Shown here piece after piece: positions 1 through 10,276 of a DNA stretch of 64,000 bases. Made by a program: the position numbers and the translations under genes. The notes beneath the pieces were generated by a model, which saw only the letters and a program-made list of their open reading frames with translations, made no database searches and was not told where the DNA came from. The stretch lies in contig PDSI01000147.1 in the NCBI GenBank assembly GCA_002748415.1, positions 13,852 through 77,851 on the forward strand. Direction: 5' to 3'. The number at the start of each line of letters is the position of its first letter. The stretch's first letter is position 1. Origin of the DNA: Micrococcales bacterium. GTDB taxonomy: Bacteria; Actinomycetota; Actinomycetes; Actinomycetales; CAWJMD01.

Positions 1-1
1 G

Positions 2-574
2 TCGAGCACGGCCGAACGGTCTGGAACCCGAACCGAGCAGAAGCGCCGCATCGGTGCCGCTGCCGTCGATCTGCTGCCGGACGCGAACGGTGCCGGCAGC
101 ATCCTGGTGGACGGCGGCACCACGACCGGGGCGCTGGCCGCCGCGCTGCCGGTCAACCGGGAGCTGACGGTCGTCACCAACTCGGTGCCCACGGCCAGCC
201 TGTTGGCGGGCCGTGGCGCCTTGCGGGTCAACATCCTCGGGGGCCGCATCCGCGGCCACACCCACGCCACCGTCGGGCACGAGGCGATGAACACGCTCAA
301 CCAGCTCACCGTCGATGTAGCGTTCATCGGCACCAACGGACTGTCCGCCCGTGGTGCCACCACGCCGGACACCGAGGAGGCGGCCGTCAAGCGAGCGATG
401 GCCGCCGCCGCCCGCACCACCGTGGTCCTCGCGGATTCCACCAAGATGGGAGAGACCCAGATGATCGTGTTCGCCGCGCTGGCCGATATCGACGTCGTCG
501 TCACCGACGACGGGGTGGCCGCCGCCGATGTGCAGTTGCTGCGCCGCCACGACATCGAGGTGATGCTCGCGTGA
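2..574 (+). CDS. fruR: DeoR/GlpR-family transcriptional regulator (FruR-like), 5'-truncated by window edge
   Basis: Frame open from nt 2 (EQKRRIGAAA...ILVDGGTTT); DeoR C-terminal motifs VVTNS, DVAFIGTNG, LADSTK; overlaps the start of 1-phosphofructokinase. Confidence 0.85.
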   Translation, partial: SSTAERSGTRTEQKRRIGAAAVDLLPDANGAGSILVDGGTTTGALAAALPVNRELTVVTNSVPTASLLAGRGALRVNILGGRIRGHTHATVGHEAMNTLNQLTVDVAFIGTNGLSARGATTPDTEEAAVKRAMAAAARTTVVLADSTKMGETQMIVFAALADIDVVVTDDGVAAADVQLLRRHDIEVMLA

Positions 575-1554
575 TCCTCACCCTGACCGCGAACCCCAGC
601 ATCGACCGCACCGTGACCCTGGACCAGCCGCTGACCCGGGGTGCGGTGCAACGGGTGACCAGCGTGACCAATCAGGCCGCGGGAAAAGGCGTCAACGTCG
701 TTCGGGTGGTCGCCGCCGCCGGGCACCCGAGCCTGGCCGTGGTACCAGCGGGCAAGAACGACCCGTTCACCACCAGGCTCCGTGCGCAAGGCGTCGACCA
801 CGTGGCCGTGTCGACCCCCGGGGATGTGCGGGTCAACCTGGCCGTCATCGAACCCGACGGCACGACCACCAAGATCAACGAACCCGGGGCGAGGTTGTCG
901 GTTCAGGTCCTCGACGAACTCACTCGCGTGCTGGTGGAACACGCCGGTAGGGCGCGCTGGGTGGTGCTGGCCGGTTCGCTGCCGCCGGGTGTGGCCGAGG
1001 ACTGGTACGCCCAGCTGGTGCCGATGCTGCGCACAGCCGGTACGAGGGTTGCGGTAGACACCTCCGGTGCCCCGCTGCTGGCTTGTTGCACCGGCGCGCA
1101 ACGGCCGCACCTGATCAAACCCAACGGCGAAGAATTGGCCGAACTGGCCGGTGCCGGCACCGACCCGGAGACCGACCTGGACGCGGCCGTCGCCGCCTGC
1201 CGCACCTTGGTGCGCAACGGGATCGAAGCGGTGCTGGCCACGCTCGGCGCCGGCGGAGCGGTGCTGGTCACCGCGGCCGGCGCCTGGTATGCCGCCGCAC
1301 CGCACGTATCGGTGAAAAGCACTGTCGGAGCAGGCGATTCCACCCTGTCCGGCTACCTGATCGGGCACACCGCCGGTGCCGGCCCGGCTGCCTGCCTGCG
1401 CCGGGCGGTCGCCTACGGCACCGCCGCCGTTCAGCTGCCCGGCTCCAGCTTGCCCACCCCGCGCGAGGTGCGCCCGCAGGCCGTCTGCGTCACTGCTCTA
1501 CCAGCCACAACAGGCGGCGCTCGGCGGCAGTCACCCAGGTCTCGTTCCCGCTAG
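571..1554 (+). CDS. fruK: 1-phosphofructokinase (PfkB family)
   Basis: MILTLTANPSIDRT start, AAGKGVNV, IKPNGEEL, STVGAGDS PfkB signature. Confidence 0.92.
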   Translation: MILTLTANPSIDRTVTLDQPLTRGAVQRVTSVTNQAAGKGVNVVRVVAAAGHPSLAVVPAGKNDPFTTRLRAQGVDHVAVSTPGDVRVNLAVIEPDGTTTKINEPGARLSVQVLDELTRVLVEHAGRARWVVLAGSLPPGVAEDWYAQLVPMLRTAGTRVAVDTSGAPLLACCTGAQRPHLIKPNGEELAELAGAGTDPETDLDAAVAACRTLVRNGIEAVLATLGAGGAVLVTAAGAWYAAAPHVSVKSTVGAGDSTLSGYLIGHTAGAGPAACLRRAVAYGTAAVQLPGSSLPTPREVRPQAVCVTALPATTGGARRQSPRSRSR

Positions 1555-1643
1555 CCGGGCGGGTAAGAACCGCATTACGGTGTGACAGCGGAAAGCTGAA
1601 CGCACAGTTGAGCGCCCCCGTCCAACTCAAGGAGAGAAGCACC

Positions 1644-1904
1644 ATGGCATCCAAGACCGTCACCGTCGGGTCCTCCGTCGGACTGCACGCCCGTCCGGCC
1701 GCCCTGATCGCCGAAGCGGCAGGCGCGCAGAACTCCCCCGTCACGCTCGCCGTACCCGGCGGTACCCCGGTGGACGCCGGCTCGGCGCTGCTCATCATGA
1801 CCCTCGGCGCCAAGTGCGGTGACGACGTCGTGGTGGAAAGCGACGACGAGGCAGCCGTCGAGCAGATCGCCGCGATGGTGGAGAAGGACCTCGACGCCGA
1901 GTGA
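1644..1904 (+). CDS. ptsH: PTS phosphocarrier protein HPr
   Basis: GLHARPAA active-site His motif, DAGSALLIMTLG Ser46 region; AAGGAG RBS upstream; C-terminal part of ORF 1083..1904. Confidence 0.93.
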   Translation: MASKTVTVGSSVGLHARPAALIAEAAGAQNSPVTLAVPGGTPVDAGSALLIMTLGAKCGDDVVVESDDEAAVEQIAAMVEKDLDAE

Positions 1905-1963
1905 AGAGAGACGCCGAGTAGACCGGCCGCGGCCACCGGTCCACCATCGAACGCCAGGGCCTG

Positions 1964-1985
1964 CGGGTGCTCCCGGGAGCACCCG
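1964..1985. repeat. Perfect 22-bp palindrome CGGGTGCTCCCGGGAGCACCCG between ptsH and rarA
   Basis: Read directly; abuts a TAAGCT -10-like hexamer (1986-1991). Confidence 0.7.
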
Positions 1986-1997
1986 TAAGCTGGCCCG

Positions 1998-3410
1998 GTG
2001 CCGGCGGACCTGTTCTCCACCAGTCAGGAGCGCCCCCGCGCGCCACTGGCGGTACGGATGCGGCCGCGGACCCTCGACGATGTGGTCGGTCAGCGTCATC
2101 TGCTGCGGACCGGGTCGCCGTTGCGGCGGCTGGTGGCGGCAGGAGGTAGCGCCGAAGCGGGTCGTGCTGGCCGGGTGCCCGTCAGCTCGGTGATCCTGTT
2201 CGGGCCGCCCGGCACCGGCAAGACCACACTGGCGCACGTCGTGTCGGCCTGCACCGACAGCGCGTTCGTGGAACTGTCGGCCATCACCGCGGGAGTGCGG
2301 GATGTGCGAACCGTGATCCAGGACGCCAAGAACACCCAGGACCTGCACCGGCGGCGCACCGTGCTGTTCCTGGACGAGATCCACCGATTCAGCAAGGCCC
2401 AACAGGATGCGCTGCTGCCCGCGGTGGAGAACGGCTGGGTGACCCTGGTGGCCGCCACCACCGAGAACCCCAGCTTCAGCATCATCTCCCCGCTGCTGTC
2501 CCGGTCGCTGGTGCTGCACCTGCAACCGCTGACCGATGCGGACATCGGCGGACTGATCGACCGGGCACTGACCGACGACCGCGGCCTGGGCGGCGCTTTC
2601 ACCCTCGATGCCGACGCCGGCGGCCATCTGGTCCGCGTCGCCGGCGGCGACGCCCGCCGGGCGCTGACCGCGCTGGAGGCGGCGGCCGGGCTGGCCGCGG
2701 ACGCCGGCACCACCACGATCGACCTGACCGCCGCCGAGCAGGCCATCGCGGTGGCGGCGGTGCGCTACGACCGAGACGGCGACCAGCACTACGACGTCGT
2801 CAGCGCGTTCATCAAGTCCATCCGCGGCAGCGACGTCGACGCCGCGATGCACTACCTGGCCCGCATGCTGGAGGCGGGGGAGGATCCACGCTTCATCGCC
2901 AGGAGGCTGATGATCAGCGCCGCCGAGGACATCGGCATGGCCGACCCGTCCGCCCTGCAGACCGCGGTGGCCGCCGCCCAGGCCGTCCAGCTCGTCGGCC
3001 TGCCGGAGGGACGGATCATCCTGGCCGAGGCGGTGGTCCACCTGGCGATGGCGCCGAAGTCCAACGCCGCCTACCTGGCCGTCGACCGGGCCATCGCGGA
3101 CGTGCAGGCCGGCAAAGCCGGCCAGGTGCCGGCGCATTTGCGGGACGCCCACCACCCGGGAGCCGATGCGTTCGGTGCCGGCGAAGGCTACGTCTACGCC
3201 CACGACGAGGCGCACGCGGTGGCCGCTCAGCAGTACCTGCCGGATACGTTGACCGGCACCGTCTACTACCAGCCCAGCGACCGCGGCTTCGAGAACGAAC
3301 TGCGCCGGCGCCGGCAACGGCTGCAAGCGCTGCTGACCGAGCCCGGCGGCCCGCGGACCGAAACCGCCGGCAACCAGGCCGATCAGACGTCAGGACCGGG
3401 CAGCGGGTAG
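1998..3410 (+). CDS. rarA: Replication-associated recombination protein A (MgsA/RarA AAA+ ATPase)
   Basis: [50 protein letters not shown]. Confidence 0.95.
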   Translation: MPADLFSTSQERPRAPLAVRMRPRTLDDVVGQRHLLRTGSPLRRLVAAGGSAEAGRAGRVPVSSVILFGPPGTGKTTLAHVVSACTDSAFVELSAITAGVRDVRTVIQDAKNTQDLHRRRTVLFLDEIHRFSKAQQDALLPAVENGWVTLVAATTENPSFSIISPLLSRSLVLHLQPLTDADIGGLIDRALTDDRGLGGAFTLDADAGGHLVRVAGGDARRALTALEAAAGLAADAGTTTIDLTAAEQAIAVAAVRYDRDGDQHYDVVSAFIKSIRGSDVDAAMHYLARMLEAGEDPRFIARRLMISAAEDIGMADPSALQTAVAAAQAVQLVGLPEGRIILAEAVVHLAMAPKSNAAYLAVDRAIADVQAGKAGQVPAHLRDAHHPGADAFGAGEGYVYAHDEAHAVAAQQYLPDTLTGTVYYQPSDRGFENELRRRRQRLQALLTEPGGPRTETAGNQADQTSGPGSG

Positions 3411-3468
3411 CCTCGACCAGCGGAGAAAACCGCACGACCCCGACCCCGACACCTGAGAAGCTGGGACC

Positions 3469-6147
3469 ATGCAGACCGCTGAGATCCGACGCCGCTGGCT
3501 GAACTACTTCGAGAGCAAAGGCCACGCGGTGGTGCCGAGCGCCTCGCTGATCTCACCGGACCCCACCCTGCTGTTCACCGTGGCCGGCATGGTGCCGTTC
3601 ATCCCGTACATGACCGGGCAGCAGACCCCGCCGTGGCCGCGGGCCACCAGTGTGCAGAAATGCCTGCGCACGCTGGACATCGAGGAGGTCGGCAAGACCA
3701 CCCGGCACGGCACGTTCTTCCAGATGAACGGCAATTTCTCCTTCGGCGACTACTTCAAAGAGAGCGCCATCGCCTACGCCTGGGAACTGGTCACCGGTTC
3801 CCAGGACGACGGCTGTTACGGCTTCGACGGCGACAAGATCTGGGTGACCGTCTACGAGGACGACGAGGAAGCGAATTCCCTGTGGCGCTCGGTGGCCGGG
3901 CTTGCGGCCGAGCGCATCCAGCGCCGCGGCCGTAAGGACAACTACTGGCACACCGGCGTTCCCGGCCCTGGCGGGCCGTGCAGCGAGATCTACGTCGACC
4001 GGGGGCCGGAATACGGCCCGGACGGTGGCCCCATCGTGGACGAAGACCGGTTCCTGGAAATCTGGAACCTGGTGTTCATGCAGCATTCGTTGTCGGACGT
4101 GCGCGCCAAGGACGACTTCGACATCGCCGGTGACCTGCCCAGCAAGAACATCGACACCGGCATGGGCCTGGAGCGGGTGGCCTACCTGCTGCAAGGCGTG
4201 GACAACCTGTACGAGATCGACGAGGTGTACCCGGTCATCGAACGCGCCGGCGACATCGCATCCATCGCCTACGGCAAAGACCGCGAAGCCGACGTGCGGC
4301 TGCGCGTGGTCGGTGACCATGTGCGGTCCGGCCTGATGCTCATCGGCGACGGTGTCACCCCCGCCAACGAGGGCCGCGGCTACGTGCTGCGCCGACTGCT
4401 GCGCCGGGTGGTGCGGGCAATGAAACTGCTCGGCGTCGACGAGCCCACGTTCCCGGAACTGTTCGGCGTGTCCAAGGACGCCATGAAGGCATCCTACCCG
4501 GAACTGGAACGGGACTGGACGCGTATCAGCCAGGTGGCCTACGCGGAGGAGGAGGCGTTCCGGCGCACCCTGACCGCGGGGACCACGATTCTGGATACCG
4601 CTGTGGCCCAGGCAAAGTCGACCGGACGAGGCAGCCTGTCTGCAGATTCGGCGTTCCAGCTGCACGACACCTACGGCTTCCCGATCGACCTGACCCTCGA
4701 GGTCGCCGCCGAACAAGGCCTGCAGGTGGACGAGGCCGGGTTCCGGCGGCTGATGAGCGAACAACGGGCACGGGCCAAGGCCGATTCCAAGGCGAAACGG
4801 TCCGGGCGGGTGGACCAGGCGGTCTACCGCAGTGCGGCCGAGGAGGTCGGCGCGCCGGTGGACTTCACCGGGTACCGCGAGGTGGTCAGCGAGGCGAGCA
4901 TCGCCGCGCTCATCGTCGACGGTACCGCGGCCGCCTCGGCCGGTGCCGGCCAGGATGTCGAGGTGGTGCTGAACCGCACCCCGCTGTACGCCGAGGGCGG
5001 TGGGCAACTGGCCGACACCGGAACCATCACCCTGGGCACCGGGGCCACGCTCGAAGTGCGGGACGTACAGTCGCCGATCCCCGGGCTCATCGTGCACCGC
5101 GCGCACGTGCTGAGCGGTGAGGTGAGCATCGGCGCCGCTGCCCAGGCGTCGGTGGATATCGACCGGCGCAAGGCGATCTCCCGGTCGCACACAGCAACTC
5201 ATATGGTGCACAAGGCGTTCCGGGAGGCGTTGGGCGAAACCGCCACTCAGGCAGGGTCGGAGAACTCACCCGGCCGGTTCCGGTTCGACTTCAACGCGGC
5301 GGCGGCGGTGCCACCCAGCGTGCTGCTGGACGTCGAACAGCGGGTCAACGAACTGCTCATCGAGGATCTCGAGGTGCACGCCGAGGTGATGAGCCAGGCC
5401 GATGCGGTGGCGTGCGGTGCGATGGCCTTGTTCGGGGAAAAGTACGGCGATGAGGTGCGGGTGGTCAGTGTCGGGGACTGGGCGCGGGAACTCTGCGGCG
5501 GCACCCACGCGCAGCGCTCCGGTCAGCTCGGTCTGGTCAAGCTGCTGGGGGAGTCCTCCATCGGTGCCGGGGTGCGCCGGGTGGAGGCGCTGGTCGGTAC
5601 CGACGCCTACTCTTTCCTGGCCCGCGAGCATGCCCTGGTCGGGCAGCTGGCCACCATGCTCAAGGTCCGGCCCGACGAACTGCCGGATCGCATCGGCGCG
5701 CTTGTTGCCCAGCTCAAGGCGGCGGACAAGGAGCTGGCCATGGCCCGGGCGGAACAGAGCCGGGCGTTGGCGGCAAAGCTGGCGGCCGAGCCCAAGGACG
5801 TGTTCGGGATCATGTTCGTCGGTCACGATGCCGGAGCGGTGGCGGGCGCCGAGGACATCCGCACCCTGGTCACCGATCTGCGGGCCCGGCTGGGCAACGA
5901 CCGGCCGGCCGTGGTGAGTGTGGCCGGTGTGGCCAAGGGCAAACCGTTGGTGGTCATCGCCACCAACGACGCCGCCCGCCGCCGTGGGGTCAAAGCTGGT
6001 TCGTTGGTCCGCATCGGCGCGGGTGCGCTCGGTGGCGGGGGCGGTGGCAAGGACGACATCGCCCAGGGTGGTGGGCAGGACGCGACTGCCGTGCCGCAAG
6101 CCCTCGTCGTCGTCGAGCATGAGGTCGGCCGGTTGGCCACCACATGA
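3469..6147 (+). CDS. alaS: Alanine--tRNA ligase
   Basis: [61 protein letters not shown]1 tail. Confidence 0.99.
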   Translation: MQTAEIRRRWLNYFESKGHAVVPSASLISPDPTLLFTVAGMVPFIPYMTGQQTPPWPRATSVQKCLRTLDIEEVGKTTRHGTFFQMNGNFSFGDYFKESAIAYAWELVTGSQDDGCYGFDGDKIWVTVYEDDEEANSLWRSVAGLAAERIQRRGRKDNYWHTGVPGPGGPCSEIYVDRGPEYGPDGGPIVDEDRFLEIWNLVFMQHSLSDVRAKDDFDIAGDLPSKNIDTGMGLERVAYLLQGVDNLYEIDEVYPVIERAGDIASIAYGKDREADVRLRVVGDHVRSGLMLIGDGVTPANEGRGYVLRRLLRRVVRAMKLLGVDEPTFPELFGVSKDAMKASYPELERDWTRISQVAYAEEEAFRRTLTAGTTILDTAVAQAKSTGRGSLSADSAFQLHDTYGFPIDLTLEVAAEQGLQVDEAGFRRLMSEQRARAKADSKAKRSGRVDQAVYRSAAEEVGAPVDFTGYREVVSEASIAALIVDGTAAASAGAGQDVEVVLNRTPLYAEGGGQLADTGTITLGTGATLEVRDVQSPIPGLIVHRAHVLSGEVSIGAAAQASVDIDRRKAISRSHTATHMVHKAFREALGETATQAGSENSPGRFRFDFNAAAAVPPSVLLDVEQRVNELLIEDLEVHAEVMSQADAVACGAMALFGEKYGDEVRVVSVGDWARELCGGTHAQRSGQLGLVKLLGESSIGAGVRRVEALVGTDAYSFLAREHALVGQLATMLKVRPDELPDRIGALVAQLKAADKELAMARAEQSRALAAKLAAEPKDVFGIMFVGHDAGAVAGAEDIRTLVTDLRARLGNDRPAVVSVAGVAKGKPLVVIATNDAARRRGVKAGSLVRIGAGALGGGGGGKDDIAQGGGQDATAVPQALVVVEHEVGRLATT

Positions 6148-6193
6148 GGGCCGGCGCCGGTCTCCATCCGGCCCGCGTGCGGCATGCCCACTG

Positions 6194-6706
6194 ATGCGGC
6201 ACGGTGTGCGGGTCGCGGTGGACGTCGGGGCGGTGCGCGTCGGTGTGGCGGCCAGCGACCCCGGTGGAATCCTCGCCTCCGCTGTTGCGACACTGAGTAG
6301 CGAACAGCCAGCACACGGTGAGACAGCCGAGTCCGGGTCAGCGACGGCAGACGTGCGCCGTATCGCCGGGATCGTGCGTGAACGCGACGCGATTGAGGTG
6401 TTGGTGGGGCTGCCGCTGTCGCTGTCCGGCAAGTCTGGAGCGGCGGCGGAGCTCGCGCGTAGCTACGCTGTGCGGGTAGCTCGCGAGATCGCGCCCGTGC
6501 CGGTGCGGCTCGTGGACGAGCGACTGACCACGGTCGGTGCCCACCGGGCACTGCGCCAGTCCGGGGTCAAGGGGCGCAACCAGCGCCGCGTCGTCGATCA
6601 AGTGGCGGCCGTCCTGATCCTGCAAGGTGCGCTGGACACCGAACGCAACACCGGTCAGCCACCCGGTGAAGTGGTGGCGTACCCGCCAACACCGCCAGCC
6701 GACTGA
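6194..6706 (+). CDS. ruvX: Holliday junction resolvase-like RuvX/YqgF
   Basis: AVDVGAVRVGVAASD, VGLP, VDERLTT, DQVAAVLILQ; alaS-ruvX-mltG order. Confidence 0.93.
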   Translation: MRHGVRVAVDVGAVRVGVAASDPGGILASAVATLSSEQPAHGETAESGSATADVRRIAGIVRERDAIEVLVGLPLSLSGKSGAAAELARSYAVRVAREIAPVPVRLVDERLTTVGAHRALRQSGVKGRNQRRVVDQVAAVLILQGALDTERNTGQPPGEVVAYPPTPPAD

Positions 6707-6715
6707 GAGGGCACG

Positions 6716-7822
6716 ATGACCGAGCTTTTCTCCGATCTGCCGGGGCAGCGAAGGGCGACGCGCCGCCATGCCCACCGGGCCCGCCGGCCAGGGGGCGCGA
6801 CCAGGTTCGTGGTGCTGTTCCTGGCCGCGGCACTGGTGCTTGGCGCGATGTATCTGGGCTGGCGCACGGTCAAGCCGATGTACGACGACTGGCGCGCGCC
6901 CTCGGATTTCGCCGGCCCCGGGTCCGGCGAGGTGCATGTTCAGGTACTTGCGGGTGACAGCGGCTCGCAAGTGGCCCAGACCCTGGTGGACAAGAACGTC
7001 ATCAAGACCACCGATGCGTTCATCGAGGCGAGTATGGCCAACCCCGACTCCAACTCCTTGCAACCGGGAACCTACGCCCTGCGTGCGGAGATGGCCGCCG
7101 CCGACGCGTTGGCGATGCTGCTGGACGAGACGAACCGGGTCTCGGTGCGGGTGGTGATTCCCGAGGGTTTGCGTGCCCAGCAGATCTACCGGCGGATCAG
7201 CGAGGCCACCGGGCTGGGCGTGGATGAGCTGAAGGCGGCCGTCACCGACCCGGCCGTGGGCCTGCCGCCTCAGGCGCAGGGCAACCCGGAGGGTTACCTG
7301 TTCCCCGCTACCTATGAGTTCGAGCCGGATGAGTCGGCCACCACTGTGCTCAAGCGACTGGTGGATGCGCACAAGCGGGCAGTCTCCACTCTCGGGATCG
7401 CCGCGGAGCAGGAGCCGCAGGTGCTGACCAAGGCCAGCATCATCCAGGCCGAGGCGCGTAGCGCAGCGGACATGCGCAAGGTGGCCAGGGTGATCCAGAA
7501 CCGGCTGGACCGCGGGACGTCGCTGCAGATGGACAGCACGGTTCACTACGCCACCAACAACAGCGAGGTCGTCACCACTACGCAAGAGGAACGCCAGATC
7601 GACTCTGCCTACAACACCTACAAGTATCCGGGCTTGCCGCCGGGGCCGATCAACTCCCCGGGGGAGGACGCGCTGCGCGCCGCCACGGAACCGGCGGACG
7701 GCGACTGGGTGTACTTCGTCACAGTCAATCCGGACACCGGGGAGACCAAGTTCGCGGCCACCAAGGCCGAGCACGACCGAAACGTGGAAGAGTTCCGCCA
7801 ATGGTTGCGGGACAACGACTGA
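6716..7822 (+). CDS. mltG: Endolytic transglycosylase MltG (YceG family)
   Basis: N-terminal TM helix, VIPEG, EGYLFPATY, ASIIQAE, LQMDST, YNTY..GLPPGPINSPG. Confidence 0.95.
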   Translation: MTELFSDLPGQRRATRRHAHRARRPGGATRFVVLFLAAALVLGAMYLGWRTVKPMYDDWRAPSDFAGPGSGEVHVQVLAGDSGSQVAQTLVDKNVIKTTDAFIEASMANPDSNSLQPGTYALRAEMAAADALAMLLDETNRVSVRVVIPEGLRAQQIYRRISEATGLGVDELKAAVTDPAVGLPPQAQGNPEGYLFPATYEFEPDESATTVLKRLVDAHKRAVSTLGIAAEQEPQVLTKASIIQAEARSAADMRKVARVIQNRLDRGTSLQMDSTVHYATNNSEVVTTTQEERQIDSAYNTYKYPGLPPGPINSPGEDALRAATEPADGDWVYFVTVNPDTGETKFAATKAEHDRNVEEFRQWLRDND

Positions 7823-7848
7823 ACCAAAACCCTGCGGGGGCGGGGGAT

Positions 7849-8682
7849 GTGCAGCGGTGTGCGGTCCTGGGCTCGCCCATCGGCCACTCTCGCTCGCCCG
7901 TGCTGCACCGGGCCGCCTACGTTGCCCTGGGACTGAACTGGCAGTACGAAGCCTACGACGTGACCGTGGAGCAACTGCCCGGTTTCCTGGCCGGGCTGGA
8001 CTCCAGTTGGCGCGGTCTCAGCATTACCATGCCGCTCAAACAGGCGGTGAAGTCCTACGTGCACGAGACCTCGCTGCTGGCCGACCTGCTCGACTCGGTG
8101 AATACGGTGCTGTTGTCCTGGCCGGACGCGGAGCAGCCCAGCCCGTGGATGTACGGCGAGAACACCGACGTGCTGGGCATGGTGGCCGCGGTCCGGGAGC
8201 TGTGGGTCGATGACGACCACCCCGGGTTGCGTGGGTGCGTCCTCGGCGCCGGTGCCACCGCTCGCTCCGCTCTGGCCGCGCTGGTCGAGCTCGGGTGCCG
8301 CCAGGTCCAGGTGGTCGTGCGGCGGCCGCCCGCCGCCGCACACCTGCACGACTTGGCGGACCGGCTGGGGCTCCAGCTGCAGGTACAGGACTGGGCCGCG
8401 GCCTGGGACGGTATCGCCGCGGCCGATGTGGTCATATCCACGGTGCCGCCGGGGGCGACCGACACGCTGGTGGTCCAGCCGGCGCCTGCCTCGCTGGCCG
8501 GGCATCTGCTGCTCGACGTGGTCTATCACCCCTGGCCGACACGGCTGGCCTCGGCCGTGCAGGACCGTGGCGGGCTGGTCGTCGGTGGAGTGTCGATGCT
8601 GCTGCATCAAGCCGCGGCTCAGGTGGAGTTGATGACCGGCATCCGCCCTGCACCCATCCAAGCGATGCGCGCCGCAAGCTGA
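7849..8682 (+). CDS. aroE: Shikimate dehydrogenase
   Basis: AVLGSPIGHSRSP, GLSITMPLK, NTD, LGAGATA, MLLHQA; start chosen at GTG 7849 (ORF open from 7801). Confidence 0.93.
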   Translation: MQRCAVLGSPIGHSRSPVLHRAAYVALGLNWQYEAYDVTVEQLPGFLAGLDSSWRGLSITMPLKQAVKSYVHETSLLADLLDSVNTVLLSWPDAEQPSPWMYGENTDVLGMVAAVRELWVDDDHPGLRGCVLGAGATARSALAALVELGCRQVQVVVRRPPAAAHLHDLADRLGLQLQVQDWAAAWDGIAAADVVISTVPPGATDTLVVQPAPASLAGHLLLDVVYHPWPTRLASAVQDRGGLVVGGVSMLLHQAAAQVELMTGIRPAPIQAMRAAS

Positions 8683-8733
8683 CCCGATCGGGTGATCGAA
8701 CTCGCGGCGGGTTGGCGGACTCACCCCTCGCAT

Positions 8734-8762
8734 CTCAAGCAGGTCACCCGCATCGCCGATGA
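8734..8762 (+). promoter_or_regulatory. Putative FliA/WhiG (sigma-28) promoter upstream of pilT
   Basis: CTCA(AG)-N17-GCCGATGA, ~35 nt before the GTG at 8797; matches the actinobacterial FliA-family consensus CTCA-N15-17-GCCGA(A/T). Confidence 0.7.
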
Positions 8763-8796
8763 CATTCCGACTGTCTCGCCTGATGAGGGGAGTGCC

Positions 8797-10275
8797 GTGA
8801 GCGGCGGCGTGCAAGAAGGTAGCGGACGGCCCTTCCGTCCACGGGCCGAGGAATACGTCTTCGGAGACGAGGACCTGGACGAAGGTGCTCCCGGGCAGCA
8901 TGCCTACGAAGAGATCCCGGACCAGGAGATCGTCTACGACATCGGCGTCGACTACGGCGCCGAGGACGACATGGACGACTACGGTTCGTTCGACGACGAG
9001 GAAACAGTGACCGTCTACGATGTGAACTCCGACGGTGTCTTCGCTCCCGAACTGCCTGACCACCGGCCGGGAGCGGCCTTCACCCCGCAGCCACGGCCGG
9101 CCCCGGAACCGCAGCAACCAGAGGCTTGCGTCGATGACGACCAGCGCGTCGCGTACCACGGGTCCCGGTCGGGAGGGCGTAGCACCACCGAGCAACGGTT
9201 GCGGGCCAGCGACCTGAACCTCACCAGCGTGCTGAGCAGTATGTTGGAACGCAATGCCTCCGACCTGCACCTGACCAGCGGCGCGCCGCCCACGATCCGG
9301 GTCCGCGGTGAGCTGATGCCGTTGGAGGACTACGAGCGGATGACCGCGCCGGAGCTGCAACGGATCATCTACGCCCTGCTGAATCAGAAGCAGCGGGAGA
9401 AGTACGAAGAGAACATGGAGCTCGACTTCTCCTACTCGCTGCCCGGCACCGCCAGATTCCGGGTCAACGTGTTCCGCCAACGCGAGTCGATCGGTGCGGT
9501 GTTCCGCACCATTCCGTTCGACATCCTGCCGCTGGAACGGCTCGGAATCCCCCCGGTGGTGGGCAAATTCGCCTCGATGCCGCGCGGCCTGGTATTGGTC
9601 ACCGGCCCGACCGGATCCGGCAAGTCCACCACGTTGGCCGCGATTCTCGACCTGGCCAACCGGACCCGGCACGACCACATCATGACCGTCGAGGACCCGA
9701 TCGAGTTCTTGCACAACCACAAGGGCTGCCTGGTCAACCAGCGTGAGGTGGGCGAAGACACCCACTCCTTCGCCAACGCGCTGAAGCATGTGTTGCGCCA
9801 GGACCCGGACATCATCCTGGTCGGCGAGATGCGGGACTTGGAGACCATTTCGGTGGCGCTGACCGCCGCCGAAACCGGCCACCTGGTGTTCGGCACCCTG
9901 CACACTCAGGACGCCGCACAGACCATCGACCGCGTCATCGACGTGTTTCCCTCAGAACAACAGGAACAGATCCGGGTCATGCTGGCGGGCTCCATCCAGG
10001 GAGTGGTCTGCCAGACCCTGTGCAAGACGGCGGACGGGCGGTCGCGGGCGGTGGCAACCGAGGTCATGCTGGCCACTCCCGCCATCCGCAACCTGATCCG
10101 GGAGGGCAAGGTCCACCAGGTGTACTCGGCCATGCAGGCCGGCGCCCAGCACGGCATGCACACCATGGACCAGCACTTGGCCGAATTGGTGCGCATCAAC
10201 CGCATCAGCTACGAGGTCGGCCTGGACAAGTGCCACCACATCGAGGACTTCAACCGATTGACCGGAAGGGCCTGA
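8797..10275 (+). CDS. pilT: Type IV pilus retraction ATPase PilT with acidic N-terminal extension
   Basis: ASDLHL, RFRVNVF, GPTGSGKSTT, TVEDPIE, LRQDPDIILVGEMRD, TLHT and the PilT-specific AIRNLIRE motif; GAGGGG RBS before GTG 8797. Confidence 0.95.
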   Translation: MSGGVQEGSGRPFRPRAEEYVFGDEDLDEGAPGQHAYEEIPDQEIVYDIGVDYGAEDDMDDYGSFDDEETVTVYDVNSDGVFAPELPDHRPGAAFTPQPRPAPEPQQPEACVDDDQRVAYHGSRSGGRSTTEQRLRASDLNLTSVLSSMLERNASDLHLTSGAPPTIRVRGELMPLEDYERMTAPELQRIIYALLNQKQREKYEENMELDFSYSLPGTARFRVNVFRQRESIGAVFRTIPFDILPLERLGIPPVVGKFASMPRGLVLVTGPTGSGKSTTLAAILDLANRTRHDHIMTVEDPIEFLHNHKGCLVNQREVGEDTHSFANALKHVLRQDPDIILVGEMRDLETISVALTAAETGHLVFGTLHTQDAAQTIDRVIDVFPSEQQEQIRVMLAGSIQGVVCQTLCKTADGRSRAVATEVMLATPAIRNLIREGKVHQVYSAMQAGAQHGMHTMDQHLAELVRINRISYEVGLDKCHHIEDFNRLTGRA

Positions 10276-10276
10276 C

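Noticed and set aside
8680-8695. Palindrome TGACCCGATCGGGTGA upstream of pilT as a BldD box
   Set aside because: Spacing between half-sites (8 nt) does not fit the 15-bp BldD consensus, and it overlaps the aroE stop
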